The position numbers and the translations under genes were made by a program. A DNA stretch of 62,496 bases, taken from positions 1 through 62,496 of IMG/VR virus record IMGVR_UViG_3300025773_000007; one strand, written 5' to 3'. The notes under the pieces were generated by a model. It was given only the letters and a program-made list of their open reading frames with translations, searched no databases and was not told the DNA's origin. Positions 1 to 9,140 of the stretch are shown in pieces. The number at the start of each line of letters is the position of its first letter. Position 1 is the stretch's first letter. Source of the DNA: a virus (Duplodnaviria > Caudoviricetes).

Positions 1-434
1 GTTATTCAGTTCTCGGAGAAGTGGATCATCCAGATGATCTAAAAATTAACCTGGACCGTGTGAGTCACATGATAGTTAATATGTGGATGGACGGTCCTAA
101 CGGTTACGGGAAGTTGAAAATACTTCCAACACCAATGGGACAACTAATCAAGACAATGCTGGAAAGCGGAGTCAAGTTAGGTGTTTCAAGTCGCGGATCC
201 GGGAACGTTAGTGATAACGGTTCCGGTGAAGTATCGGATTTTGAGATTATCACAGTAGATATGGTAGCTCAACCTAGTGCTCCTGGAGCGTATCCTACAC
301 CAATTTATGAACACTTGATGAATAATCGCGGTGGATTCAATGCCTTGCGTATAGCGCAAGAGGTGAAGGGCGATCCTAAAGCACAGAAATATCTCAAAGA
401 GAGCTTATTGAATATAATAAGCAAACTCCAATAA
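1..434 (+). CDS. gp21: Prohead core protein protease (T4 gp21-like), 5'-truncated by the window edge
   Basis: Frame is open from base 3 (YSVLGEVDHP...). Contains the GExDHP and GVSSRGxG motifs of gp21 proteases and lies directly upstream of scaffold and capsid genes. The track start at 21 is not the real start. Confidence 0.92.
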   Translation, partial: YSVLGEVDHPDDLKINLDRVSHMIVNMWMDGPNGYGKLKILPTPMGQLIKTMLESGVKLGVSSRGSGNVSDNGSGEVSDFEIITVDMVAQPSAPGAYPTPIYEHLMNNRGGFNALRIAQEVKGDPKAQKYLKESLLNIISKLQ

Positions 435-447
435 CAAGGAGAATCAC

Positions 448-1542
448 ATGTTGGATGCGCTAAAATCGTTATTTGAAAGCAATGTGATTTCTGAAGAGAT
501 CCAAGAGTCAATTCAAGCAGCTTGGGATTCAAAAATAAATGAAGCCCGTGAACAAGTTGCTGAACAACTACGCGAAGAATTCGCACAAAAATACGAACAC
601 GACAAAAACACAATGATTGAAGCTGTTGATCGCATGATCAGCGAGCAACTTTCTTCTGAAATTGTTGAGTTTGCCGATGACCGTCGTCAGTTAGCTGAAA
701 TGAAAGTTAAGCTAGCCAAGGAAAAGAAGAAGACAGCTGAAGTAATGAAGGAATTTGTTACACGTCAGTTAGCTACTGAAGTCCGTGAATTACACGAAGA
801 TCAAGTTGTAATGGCAAGCAAGTTCGGAAAGTTGGAACAATTCGTAGTTGAGGCTCTAGCTCAAGAAATTACAGAGTTCTTCAAGGACAAACAAGACCTA
901 GCAGAAACTAAGGTACGCCTAGTTCGTGAAGGTCGCAATGAAATCAAGAAGGTAAAACAAGAGTTTGTAACTCGTGCTGCTAAGATGGTTGAATCAGTTG
1001 TGACTCAGAATTTAAATTCTGAAATCCATGCACTGAAAGAAGACATCGAAGCAGCTCGTCGTGCAGATTTTGGTCGTAAGTTATTCGAAGCTTTTGCTGC
1101 TGAATACTCGACCAGCTACCTAAATGAAAAATCGGAAACAGCAAAATTACTCAAGGTCATAGACTTGAAAGATTTGGCAATGAAGGAAGCAGCGCAAGCT
1201 GTTGTCAAAGCTGAACAAATCCTAGAAAGTAAAGAATCTGAAATCCGTACTCTTAAAGAGAGTCAAGAAAGAAAAGAAATCATGAGTCAATTACTAAGTC
1301 CACTTAACAGTGAACAACGTGAAATCATGAGCGAATTAATGGAGAGCGTAAAGACTACTAAGTTGAACGAAAGTTTTGACAAGTATCTTCCAGCCGTAAT
1401 AGCTGGCAAAGCTCCGCAGAAGAAACAGGCACTAGTAGAGGCTAAAGAAATAACCGGAAATAAAATTTCCAACAACCCACGTAGCAGCGAGATGGATTCG
1501 AATATTATCGATATCAGAAAGCTCGCAGGACTAAAAATTTAA
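448..1542 (+). CDS. gp22: Prohead core scaffolding protein (T4 gp22-like)
   Basis: 364 aa, Glu/Lys-rich and coiled-coil-like, with many L/I-x-E protease-type sites (LFES, IQES, LKES, LMES, LNES). Sits between protease and capsid genes. RBS AAGGAG upstream. Confidence 0.85.
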   Translation: MLDALKSLFESNVISEEIQESIQAAWDSKINEAREQVAEQLREEFAQKYEHDKNTMIEAVDRMISEQLSSEIVEFADDRRQLAEMKVKLAKEKKKTAEVMKEFVTRQLATEVRELHEDQVVMASKFGKLEQFVVEALAQEITEFFKDKQDLAETKVRLVREGRNEIKKVKQEFVTRAAKMVESVVTQNLNSEIHALKEDIEAARRADFGRKLFEAFAAEYSTSYLNEKSETAKLLKVIDLKDLAMKEAAQAVVKAEQILESKESEIRTLKESQERKEIMSQLLSPLNSEQREIMSELMESVKTTKLNESFDKYLPAVIAGKAPQKKQALVEAKEITGNKISNNPRSSEMDSNIIDIRKLAGLKI

Positions 1543-1553
1543 GGAGAATTTAA

Positions 1554-2729
1554 ATGTCAGAACTACTTAATGGACGTTGGGCAGAAACAAAAGAAGCCCT
1601 ATTAGAAGGCTTACAAGGCACTAAAAAATCAGTAATGGGTGTGACCCTTGAGAATACTCGCAAGTATTTGATGGAATCTCCAACTGCTGGTGCTACTTCT
1701 GCTGGCAACGTTGCAACTTTAAACCGCGTGATTCTTCCAGTAATCCGTCGTGTTATGCCAACCGTTATCGCTAACGAGTTGGTTGGTGTACAACCAATGA
1801 CTGGCCCAGTCGGCCAAATTCACACATTGCGTGTGCGTTATGCAGACTCATCAAGCGGTGCTAATGTACTAGCTGGTGAAGAGGCACTAAGCCCATTCAA
1901 GATTGCGGCTGCTTACTCTGGTAACCAACAAGACGCAGTTGCTAAAGCAGCTACTACAGCTTCTTTAGAAGGTCAAGCTGGTAACAGAATGAGCATTCAA
2001 ATCTTGAAACAAACAGTTGAAGCTAAGACACGTAAATTGTCTGCTCGCTGGACATTTGAAGCTGCTCAAGACGCTCAAGCTCAACAAGGTATCGACGTTG
2101 AAGCTGAAGTTATGGCTGCTTTAGCTCAAGAAATCACAGCTGAAATCGACCAAGAAATTATCGCTTCGTTGACTTCATTAGCTGGTACAGCTACACAAAC
2201 TTATGACCAAGCTGCCGTTAGCGGTACAGCTACATTCGTTGGTGATGAGCATGCCGCTTTAGCTGTTCAGATCAATCGCGTAAGCAACTTGATCGCTCAA
2301 CGTACACGTCGTGGTGCTGGTAACTACGCTGTTGTTAGTCCATTCACATTGACTATCCTTCAGTCTGCTACAACTTCAGCATTTGCACGTACAACAGAAG
2401 GTACATTTGAAGCTCCAACAAATACAAAATTCGTTGGTACATTGAACGGTGCTATGAAGATTTATGTTAACAGCTATTCATATGACAATGCTCCAGTTCT
2501 AATTGGATACAAAGGCTCAAGCGAGAGCGATGCTCCTGCTTTCTATTGCCCATATATTCCATTGATGAGCAGTGGTGTTGTATTGGATCCATCAACATTT
2601 GAACCAGTCGTATCATTCATGACACGTTATGGTTATGTTGAGTTGTCAAATACAGCTTCTTCTCTAGGTAACGCAGCTGACTATCTAGGTCTAGTTGCTA
2701 TTACTAACGGTAACGTCAAGTTCAGCTAA
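1554..2729 (+). CDS. gp23: Major capsid protein (T4 gp23-like)
   Basis: Hallmark gp23 motifs: RRVMPTVIANELVGVQPMTGPVGQI, EAKTRKLSARWTFEAAQD, EITAEIDQE, FYCPYIPL, DPSTFEPVVSFMTRYG. RBS AAGGAG. Confidence 0.97.
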   Translation: MSELLNGRWAETKEALLEGLQGTKKSVMGVTLENTRKYLMESPTAGATSAGNVATLNRVILPVIRRVMPTVIANELVGVQPMTGPVGQIHTLRVRYADSSSGANVLAGEEALSPFKIAAAYSGNQQDAVAKAATTASLEGQAGNRMSIQILKQTVEAKTRKLSARWTFEAAQDAQAQQGIDVEAEVMAALAQEITAEIDQEIIASLTSLAGTATQTYDQAAVSGTATFVGDEHAALAVQINRVSNLIAQRTRRGAGNYAVVSPFTLTILQSATTSAFARTTEGTFEAPTNTKFVGTLNGAMKIYVNSYSYDNAPVLIGYKGSSESDAPAFYCPYIPLMSSGVVLDPSTFEPVVSFMTRYGYVELSNTASSLGNAADYLGLVAITNGNVKFS

Positions 2730-2759
2730 TTCAAACCTAAACAGTTTATTAGTAAAAAT

Positions 2760-2783
2760 AAAAAGGACCTTCGGGTCCTTTTT
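2760..2783 (+). terminator. Intrinsic terminator with C(UUCG)G tetraloop after the capsid gene
   Basis: AAAAAGGACC-TTCG-GGTCCTTTTT: perfect stem, UUCG loop and T tract. The A tract on the left makes it potentially bidirectional. Confidence 0.92.
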
Positions 2784-2790
2784 GTTTGGG

Positions 2791-2796
2791 TAAATA
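2791..2796 (+). promoter_or_regulatory. T4-like late promoter core (TAAATA)
   Basis: GGTAAATA immediately after the terminator and 4 nt before ATG 2801. No Shine-Dalgarno in between. Confidence 0.6.
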
Positions 2797-2797
2797 T

Positions 2798-3385
2798 ATG
2801 ATGCCTACAACTATATTTTATTCTCCGACTAGTATACAACAAATAAGTTCTGTTGAAGAAGCTACTGGACGTCCTAGTATTCCTTGGACACACAGCGAAC
2901 TAGTTATTAGTAAAGATAGCTATGCTGTATCGCAACAACCTTTATATTGTATTAGCGGATTATGGATGGAAAAATTTCGTAGTAAAACTAATGCATTATG
3001 GTGTACTGGTTTTAATATTCCCAATGTTAATTCTGCAATATTAGGCATAGAATTTCAATTAAACATACAACGTGCCGGACGTATACAAGACTTAATAATT
3101 CAATTAACTAAAGACGGTTTGACACTTGCAGGGGAAAATCGCGCAAGCGAAATTAATTCTGTTCAAACAGATATGAATACTGGAGATTTTACTACTCCGC
3201 TACACCCAGTCGGTGATTTCAATGTATACGGTAGTAGTACAGATTTATGGGGCGATACTTGGACTAGCACAGAAATATCTAGTTCAACGTTTGGAATTGT
3301 TATTAGTTTTCAAAGTAATCCGATAATTCCTCATAGAGACTTAGCTTATGTTGACCAAGTAGCTTTAAGAATCACCTACGCATAA
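2798..3385 (+). CDS. Hypothetical protein, probably virion-associated
   Basis: About 195-aa ORF (track starts at TTG 2786; ATG 2798 or 2801 is more likely), behind a late-promoter motif. No recognisable catalytic motif. Confidence 0.6.
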   Translation: MMPTTIFYSPTSIQQISSVEEATGRPSIPWTHSELVISKDSYAVSQQPLYCISGLWMEKFRSKTNALWCTGFNIPNVNSAILGIEFQLNIQRAGRIQDLIIQLTKDGLTLAGENRASEINSVQTDMNTGDFTTPLHPVGDFNVYGSSTDLWGDTWTSTEISSSTFGIVISFQSNPIIPHRDLAYVDQVALRITYA

Positions 3386-3388
3386 ATA
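3383..3388 (+). promoter_or_regulatory. T4-like late promoter core (TAAATA)
   Basis: CATAAATACA overlapping the upstream stop codon, at the head of a 90-nt intergenic region. Confidence 0.65.
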
Positions 3389-3397
3389 CATAGTACG

Positions 3398-3455
3398 ATC
3401 CACATAGGGTGGATTTTATGCGGAAATCCAACCGCGTACGGCCTAGAACGCCGTG
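3398..3455 (+). other. Structured 5' leader (three hairpins with an alternative pairing)
   Basis: ATCCAC/GTGGAT (3398-3414), TATGCGG/CCGCGTA (3417-3438) and ACGGC/GCCGT (3438-3454). The loop AAATCCA (3424-3430) is complementary to TGGATTT (3410-3416). Confidence 0.55.
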
Positions 3456-3476
3456 TTTTCATAAGGAGAAAATAAA

Positions 3477-4523
3477 ATGGGACGTCCTCTAAATAAGAAA
3501 TATTTTGGTAATCGTAACGTCGGATCTGATGGAACATTCGCATCAGGTGCTACTTTGTCTAATACCAGCGCAGAAATTGGTGGTAAGAGCATCTCCAGTT
3601 TCAACATTACAAACCGTGGTTCATGGTTATCAAACAACGTAAGTCCAAATGTGCCTGTACTAGGTTTGGCAGTACCAGCTCCACAAATTGCTGATGGTAT
3701 CCAAGCAACTTGGTCAGTGACTTATTGTATTGACACAGTAACAACTAATGCTGGAAAAACAGGATTGGTAACTGGCGATACTTATACAAGCTCAATATTC
3801 CCAGGATCAATAATCACTGTTGGCGACCTAAGCGGAGCAAATGCTTTGTTTACAGTTACTAATGCCGGTAGCACTGGTAACATTCCACTTGATACAACAA
3901 CAGTTAGTATTACTCAATTAACTGGTACAGGGGCTGCTACTTCTTTTACTGTTGATATTCATACAAAATTAGCCACAGCCAATATTAACAATGTGGGTTC
4001 TGGTTATACAGAAGAACAAGTGTTTACTATTACATTAGCAAACGGTGCTACAGGTACTCCTCCAACAATCAGTATTGTACTAACACAACCAGATCCAACA
4101 CAGGCTGCAGGTAGCGTTGGTGATCGTGAGCCAGCTATTATTGCTTATGCTTGGTTAAGCGGTGCGCCAGCAGAAGTTGATATCGTTCGTCAAGTGTCAA
4201 CAGATCGTTATCGTATAAACAAAAATGGCGAGTATACACGCACAGGCGCACACACTGGTAAACTAAAAGAAACTGGTTTAGTAAGCGGAACATTTACTGG
4301 TAATGAAGGCGCAGAAATGAATATCTGGGCATTTGATGCAAGCGGCAATTCATATCTTGTTAAGAAATTAACAGCTCGCAAGGCAGTAGTTTATCCAGTT
4401 GCTTGTGCTCGTTTAAACAAGTCTGCTGGTTCAATATTTGCTGCAGGCACAGCAGTTCCTTGGAAATTCTTCCCAGGACAAGCAAACGCTAGTGCAGGTT
4501 ACGTGAAGATTGAAAACGCTTAA
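3477..4523 (+). CDS. Virion structural protein (unknown role)
   Basis: 348 aa, basic N-terminus MGRPLNKKYFG, Thr/Gly-rich middle with a GSGYT motif. Strong RBS AAGGAG and late context. Confidence 0.6.
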   Translation: MGRPLNKKYFGNRNVGSDGTFASGATLSNTSAEIGGKSISSFNITNRGSWLSNNVSPNVPVLGLAVPAPQIADGIQATWSVTYCIDTVTTNAGKTGLVTGDTYTSSIFPGSIITVGDLSGANALFTVTNAGSTGNIPLDTTTVSITQLTGTGAATSFTVDIHTKLATANINNVGSGYTEEQVFTITLANGATGTPPTISIVLTQPDPTQAAGSVGDREPAIIAYAWLSGAPAEVDIVRQVSTDRYRINKNGEYTRTGAHTGKLKETGLVSGTFTGNEGAEMNIWAFDASGNSYLVKKLTARKAVVYPVACARLNKSAGSIFAAGTAVPWKFFPGQANASAGYVKIENA

Positions 4524-4538
4524 TAGTTAAGGACTAAG

Positions 4539-5639
4539 ATGTCAAGAATACTTAAAGTCAGTAACGGTGATTACAGAATACAAGTACAAGCTGTTTCACC
4601 TAGCGATACAACTCCTACTATCTTTTTAGATACAGGAGCGTTGCAAGGCCGAGTTGTTATTACTGGTAATCTTGACGTTAAAGGTTCTACAACCACTGTA
4701 GAAAGTCAAAACACAACTATCAAAGATAGTATTATTACTCTAAACAAAGGCGAAACCAGTGCAGGTGTTAATAGTTTATTATCACCTGCATATCAATCTG
4801 GTATTGAAGTTGACCGTGGCACTTTAAACAACAATGCACGTTGGGTTTGGGACGATCATAATGTTAACTGGTATGATAACAAATCAGCTGCAACATCAAA
4901 TGGTGCATGGGTTGCTTATAATGTTACAGACGGCACATCATCTGCCGTAGCAGAAGGTATTAAAGTAAGCAAAATTCAGCCATCAAATGGCGGAGATTTA
5001 CAAGTTGATTTAGGCGGCGGCGATGGTGTATTACGTGTAACACACTACGATGTTAGTGCAGGCGCCAGTTATGCCAGTAGAATTCAAAACACAGATTACG
5101 ATACAATTCCAAACGTTCAATACTTGCAACTTTATGTGGCTAGTACATATTCACCGGGCAGCGGACAAGGACAAGCTATTGTACATAGCATACAAGATAC
5201 TACAAGTGGAACAACTAGTTTAATAAATGCAACAACTAATTTATTAACATTTACTGTAGGTGGAACTTCGTCTACCATGACATCTAGCGGATTATATCTA
5301 GGTGGACAATTATTAACTTATAACGTACAAGTAGCTGGAAATACAACTCCAAATACTATTACAACTATTGGTTCAGGCAATCCTAAACATGTAGTATCTA
5401 CTAATGATAATTTAATTTTAACATCAAATAATACTACAGTTGAAGTAAACGGTGTAATACAATTAGACAATCATTCAGTTCCAGCAAGCAGTGTTTCTGG
5501 AGCAAGTTTAATATATTCAGGAGACCCTGGAACTGGTGTTGGTACACCAGGAAAGACAGGTTTGTATTTTAAAAATACACTGACAACAGACGAATTAATC
5601 AGTAAGAACCGAGCAGTACTTCTAAGTATTTTACTATAA
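4539..5639 (+). CDS. Virion structural/fibre protein
   Basis: 366 aa with the ITGNLDVKGSTTTVES...IITLNKGE...SGIEVDRG fibre-type segment. Hydrophobic C-terminus (RAVLLSILL). Confidence 0.65.
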   Translation: MSRILKVSNGDYRIQVQAVSPSDTTPTIFLDTGALQGRVVITGNLDVKGSTTTVESQNTTIKDSIITLNKGETSAGVNSLLSPAYQSGIEVDRGTLNNNARWVWDDHNVNWYDNKSAATSNGAWVAYNVTDGTSSAVAEGIKVSKIQPSNGGDLQVDLGGGDGVLRVTHYDVSAGASYASRIQNTDYDTIPNVQYLQLYVASTYSPGSGQGQAIVHSIQDTTSGTTSLINATTNLLTFTVGGTSSTMTSSGLYLGGQLLTYNVQVAGNTTPNTITTIGSGNPKHVVSTNDNLILTSNNTTVEVNGVIQLDNHSVPASSVSGASLIYSGDPGTGVGTPGKTGLYFKNTLTTDELISKNRAVLLSILL

Positions 5640-5649
5640 GGAATAGAAC

Positions 5650-6000
5650 ATGGCATTAAGCGCAACTCAAATTACAGCAACCGCAGTTACAAGTGGAAGT
5701 CCTAACGGAACCGTAGTGTATTCTAGTTCTGGTAATAACGCTATTACTAGTATTATAGCTTGTAACAATCATAGTTCTACAACTATCAATTTGACACTTT
5801 ATGCTGTTCCAAGCGGAAAGAATCCATACGGAAATCCAGAAACAACTATAGTTTCAGCACTACCGATTCCTCCTGGAGAAACTGTAAGTTTTGATCAAGA
5901 AAAATTAGTATTAGGCAACGGAGATCAACTAGATGCAATCGCCAGTGTAGCATATTCAGGCACAGGTGTAAGCATAGTTGTAAGTACATTGGCGGTATAA
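5650..6000 (+). CDS. Small structural protein, 110-120 aa family (copy 1)
   Basis: Shares a pattern (N...T..L; IPPGET...KLVL..GD) with the ORFs at 11446, 29596 and 54493. Confidence 0.6.
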   Translation: MALSATQITATAVTSGSPNGTVVYSSSGNNAITSIIACNNHSSTTINLTLYAVPSGKNPYGNPETTIVSALPIPPGETVSFDQEKLVLGNGDQLDAIASVAYSGTGVSIVVSTLAV

Positions 6001-6602
6001 TGAGATACTTAAAAAGACAAACAATTAATCGCAGAATTGCTAACGATCCACAATTTTTTGTAGATCCTACCAACGCGGCTATAACGTCTAGTAGTTCTAA
6101 TGCTGTGTTTGGATCAACAGCTAATATTGTTATGGGTGTGACAAATAATTTAATATTACCAACAGGAACCGTTGCACAACGTCCAAGCTCACCATTAAAC
6201 GGAATGATTCGTTATTGTACAGATTTAAATGGCGGTCAAGTTGAAATTTATCAAGCAGGAACATGGCGTAGTTTACGTTTCAAAGAACCTGTTGTTGTTA
6301 CAAGAGAAACTTATACAGGAGATGGGTCCAGTACAGTATATGGTCCATTGAACCCTCAACCTCCAATGTATACTGGCGGTAGTGTACAAGATAATGCTAC
6401 ATGGACCGGTGATAACTTAGTGGTTATTGTTGGTAACGTGTATCAAACTTGGTCAACAAACTATCTGATTCAAACAGGAACAACAATTGGTGTAGCACCG
6501 TTTAATCAAGGTGCAAATGCCTCTAAGTACTATATCAAATTTACATCTGCTACACCGGGACTAAGCACACCAATAGTAATATTGCACGGCTTTGACAGTT
6601 AA
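6000..6602 (+). CDS. Virion structural protein
   Basis: 200 aa. The LPTGTVAQRP...GMIRY...EIY...W module is also found in the next two genes. Start overlaps the upstream stop (TAATG). Confidence 0.6.
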   Translation: MRYLKRQTINRRIANDPQFFVDPTNAAITSSSSNAVFGSTANIVMGVTNNLILPTGTVAQRPSSPLNGMIRYCTDLNGGQVEIYQAGTWRSLRFKEPVVVTRETYTGDGSSTVYGPLNPQPPMYTGGSVQDNATWTGDNLVVIVGNVYQTWSTNYLIQTGTTIGVAPFNQGANASKYYIKFTSATPGLSTPIVILHGFDS

Positions 6603-6616
6603 GCTAGGAGCTGACC

Positions 6617-9010
6617 ATGGGGCGAGAACTTGGTAGAATAAGCGGCCCGTTACTAGCAGAAAATCTCAAACGTAACGGCGTTGATCTTGCCTTTGAAAAT
6701 ACTTTATTATATTTTAATGTCACAAACAATTATGTTGGCATTAACAATAGCGGCCCTGCGTACGACTTAGATGTCTCAACTTTTACTAATACAAGCGGTA
6801 CAAGCACTGGTTTAACTAGTACTGACTGGTTAATTGTAGACAACAACGCTTTTTTAGCTAACCTCGAGTTTACAACCAATAACGTACAAAACGTAACTGG
6901 ACCAATAGTTATTAGTCCTAATCAGTCTTCTAACCCTACGATTGTAGTTCCAAATTTAAAAGCTACAGATGTTTATTTTAGCGGTAACAGCATTACCAAT
7001 TATACCGCTAGCGGAGATTTAAATTTAACTCCTACTGGACAGATAGTAGTCAATTCTAACACATTAGTAAATGGTGATCTACATGCCACTGGCAATGTAA
7101 CATTTGATGGTAACATAACTTTTGGTAATGCGCCAACTGATACTATTAATTTTAAAGCAGAAGTCAATAGTGATATACTACCTAGTATAACAAATACAGA
7201 TAGTTTAGGATCATCGACATTGGTATGGAAAACATACTATGGAAAGATCACAGTTAGTACTATACTAACATCTACTTTAGATGTGACTAGTACTTTTACA
7301 GCTACGGGCACTAACACATACAATAATAATTTTACAGTAGGTTCGTCTAGTTCTGATACAGTAAGAATTCGATCTACTTTTGATAGTAGTTTAATTCCTA
7401 GTGCTAACGGAGTTTATAATTTAGGATCAAGTAGTTTATATTGGAATAATTTATTTGTAAACAAAATAATAGTTAGAGGTAATACTGTAATTACCAATAA
7501 CTCTATAGCAACTACTAATACTGATAGTAACCTAGTATTAGTTGCAAATGGATCTGGGTTGGTAAGAGTTTATCAGTCTAGCTTACAGCTTGATCAGAAT
7601 GCAATTATTAACGGAAATTTGCTAGTAAATGTTAATACAACACTAGGCAATACAACCTCTAAAGCAATTACACAGACTGGTAATTTTAACCAGACTGGTA
7701 GTACTACTATCAGTGGTTTACTTACAGCATCTGGCAATATTACAATTTCTGGTGCAAATACTTACTTAGATGTAGGTAATTTTGATTTCCGTGGAAGTAC
7801 AATAACAAACACATCAGCTAACGCTGATATAACTTTGTTAACAACTGGTACTGGTAAGATTGCTATACCCAGTAGCGCACAAGTTGGAAAAGATATTAAT
7901 CTTGTACAAAATTTATCAGTAACTGGAACTACTAATTTACAAAGCCTAGTAAACACTGGTACAATAGCACAAACTGGAGATTATTCTCAGTACGGTAATA
8001 CTAATATAACTGGTACTCTAGTTTCTAATAATTTTATATTTCCAACAACTGGATCTTATATCAATATAGGTAATTTCCAAATCAGCGGAAATACCATACA
8101 AAGTATAGCATCGAATAGTGATATATCATTTTTAGCAGCTGGCACTGGGTCTACTAATATTGAAAAATTAACTATTACTAATAACAATATTAGAAATACA
8201 TGGACCAGTACTTCTGAACAATTGATAACCCAAGATGCTCAGTTAATTGTAACTCAAGATGGAATTATACTTACAACCGAGTTCTTTAATACTAGTATTT
8301 CACAAAAAAGTATTTACTTAACTCCTACCGGAACAGGTAATGTTTATACAAACTCTTATACAAGTTTAGTTTTACCTATAGGGGACGATCAAGTAAGATC
8401 TATGATATCTAACGGAGAAATTCGTTATAATGATATTTGGAATAACTACGAAGGTTTTAGTGAAACTGGTTACGTAAATTTCATAGGACTAGTAAGCCAG
8501 AATCATCTAACATCTGCCGTTGCTAATAGCTCGGCTGAAACCCTAAATTTCACAGCAAATAATATACTAACGACTACTATAGATTCAACTAAACTGTTTA
8601 ATAATACTTTGCTAGCTGACACTATACAAATTAACTCAAATAATATCGATAATACAAATTTATCTACAGATTTATTCTTAAATCCAACCAGTCAAGTTAA
8701 TTTTGTCAATACAAATATAAAAGTTAATGGTAACACAATAAACGTTATAAACAATCCTCTAACATTTTATAGTACAGATTACGGACATGTAAGATTTACA
8801 GGTTCGAACGGATTTATACTACCTATTGGAAGTATCAATAATAGACCAGCAACTCCTGAATTAGGTACAACTAGATATAACTCAAGCTCACAAGTTCCAG
8901 AGCTTTGGAATGGCACACAGTGGGTACAATGGAACGGAGCTTCAGCCAAACTTACCAAAGAAGAAGTGAGTGACGTCTCCTATACTTGGGCCCTTATCCT
9001 GGGGTTATAA
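6617..9010 (+). CDS. Virion structural/fibre protein, paralogue of 9141..11441
   Basis: 797 aa. N-terminal GRISGPLL..NL.RNGVDLAFE shared with the next gene, Asn/Thr-rich beta repeats, two LPxG...RYN modules and a hydrophobic C-terminus (WALILGL). Confidence 0.7.
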   Translation: MGRELGRISGPLLAENLKRNGVDLAFENTLLYFNVTNNYVGINNSGPAYDLDVSTFTNTSGTSTGLTSTDWLIVDNNAFLANLEFTTNNVQNVTGPIVISPNQSSNPTIVVPNLKATDVYFSGNSITNYTASGDLNLTPTGQIVVNSNTLVNGDLHATGNVTFDGNITFGNAPTDTINFKAEVNSDILPSITNTDSLGSSTLVWKTYYGKITVSTILTSTLDVTSTFTATGTNTYNNNFTVGSSSSDTVRIRSTFDSSLIPSANGVYNLGSSSLYWNNLFVNKIIVRGNTVITNNSIATTNTDSNLVLVANGSGLVRVYQSSLQLDQNAIINGNLLVNVNTTLGNTTSKAITQTGNFNQTGSTTISGLLTASGNITISGANTYLDVGNFDFRGSTITNTSANADITLLTTGTGKIAIPSSAQVGKDINLVQNLSVTGTTNLQSLVNTGTIAQTGDYSQYGNTNITGTLVSNNFIFPTTGSYINIGNFQISGNTIQSIASNSDISFLAAGTGSTNIEKLTITNNNIRNTWTSTSEQLITQDAQLIVTQDGIILTTEFFNTSISQKSIYLTPTGTGNVYTNSYTSLVLPIGDDQVRSMISNGEIRYNDIWNNYEGFSETGYVNFIGLVSQNHLTSAVANSSAETLNFTANNILTTTIDSTKLFNNTLLADTIQINSNNIDNTNLSTDLFLNPTSQVNFVNTNIKVNGNTINVINNPLTFYSTDYGHVRFTGSNGFILPIGSINNRPATPELGTTRYNSSSQVPELWNGTQWVQWNGASAKLTKEEVSDVSYTWALILGL

Positions 9011-9018
9011 CCAAAACC

Positions 9019-9030
9019 GATAAATACTAT
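9019..9030 (+). promoter_or_regulatory. T4-like late promoter (GATAAATACTAT)
   Basis: Intergenic. The identical 12-mer recurs in the intergenic gap at 19959-19970. Confidence 0.75.
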
Positions 9031-9133
9031 TACTGTAAAATCTGACCAAGGTTTTACGATATTCAACAGTGGTAAACCCGCTAAGAGCGTCCAGCTGAAA
9101 AAGTGGTTAACCGTGAAACACGGGGTATACGGG
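9028..9133 (+). other. Structured 5' leader / candidate cis-regulatory RNA
   Basis: TATTACTG/CAGTGGTA encloses GTAAAATC/GGTTTTAC (9035-9057). Then CGCT-AAG-AGCG (9079-9089) and CCGTG-AAA-CACGG (9111-9123). GC-richer than the flanking genes. Confidence 0.55.
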
Positions 9134-9140
9134 AGCGTAA

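Noticed and set aside
9071-9126. Resemblance to a c-di-GMP-I riboswitch (GGTAAACCC...GAAA...GGG)
   Set aside because: The GCAAAGC junction and the tetraloop/receptor arrangement are not present in the right order. Kept only as an unnamed structured leader.
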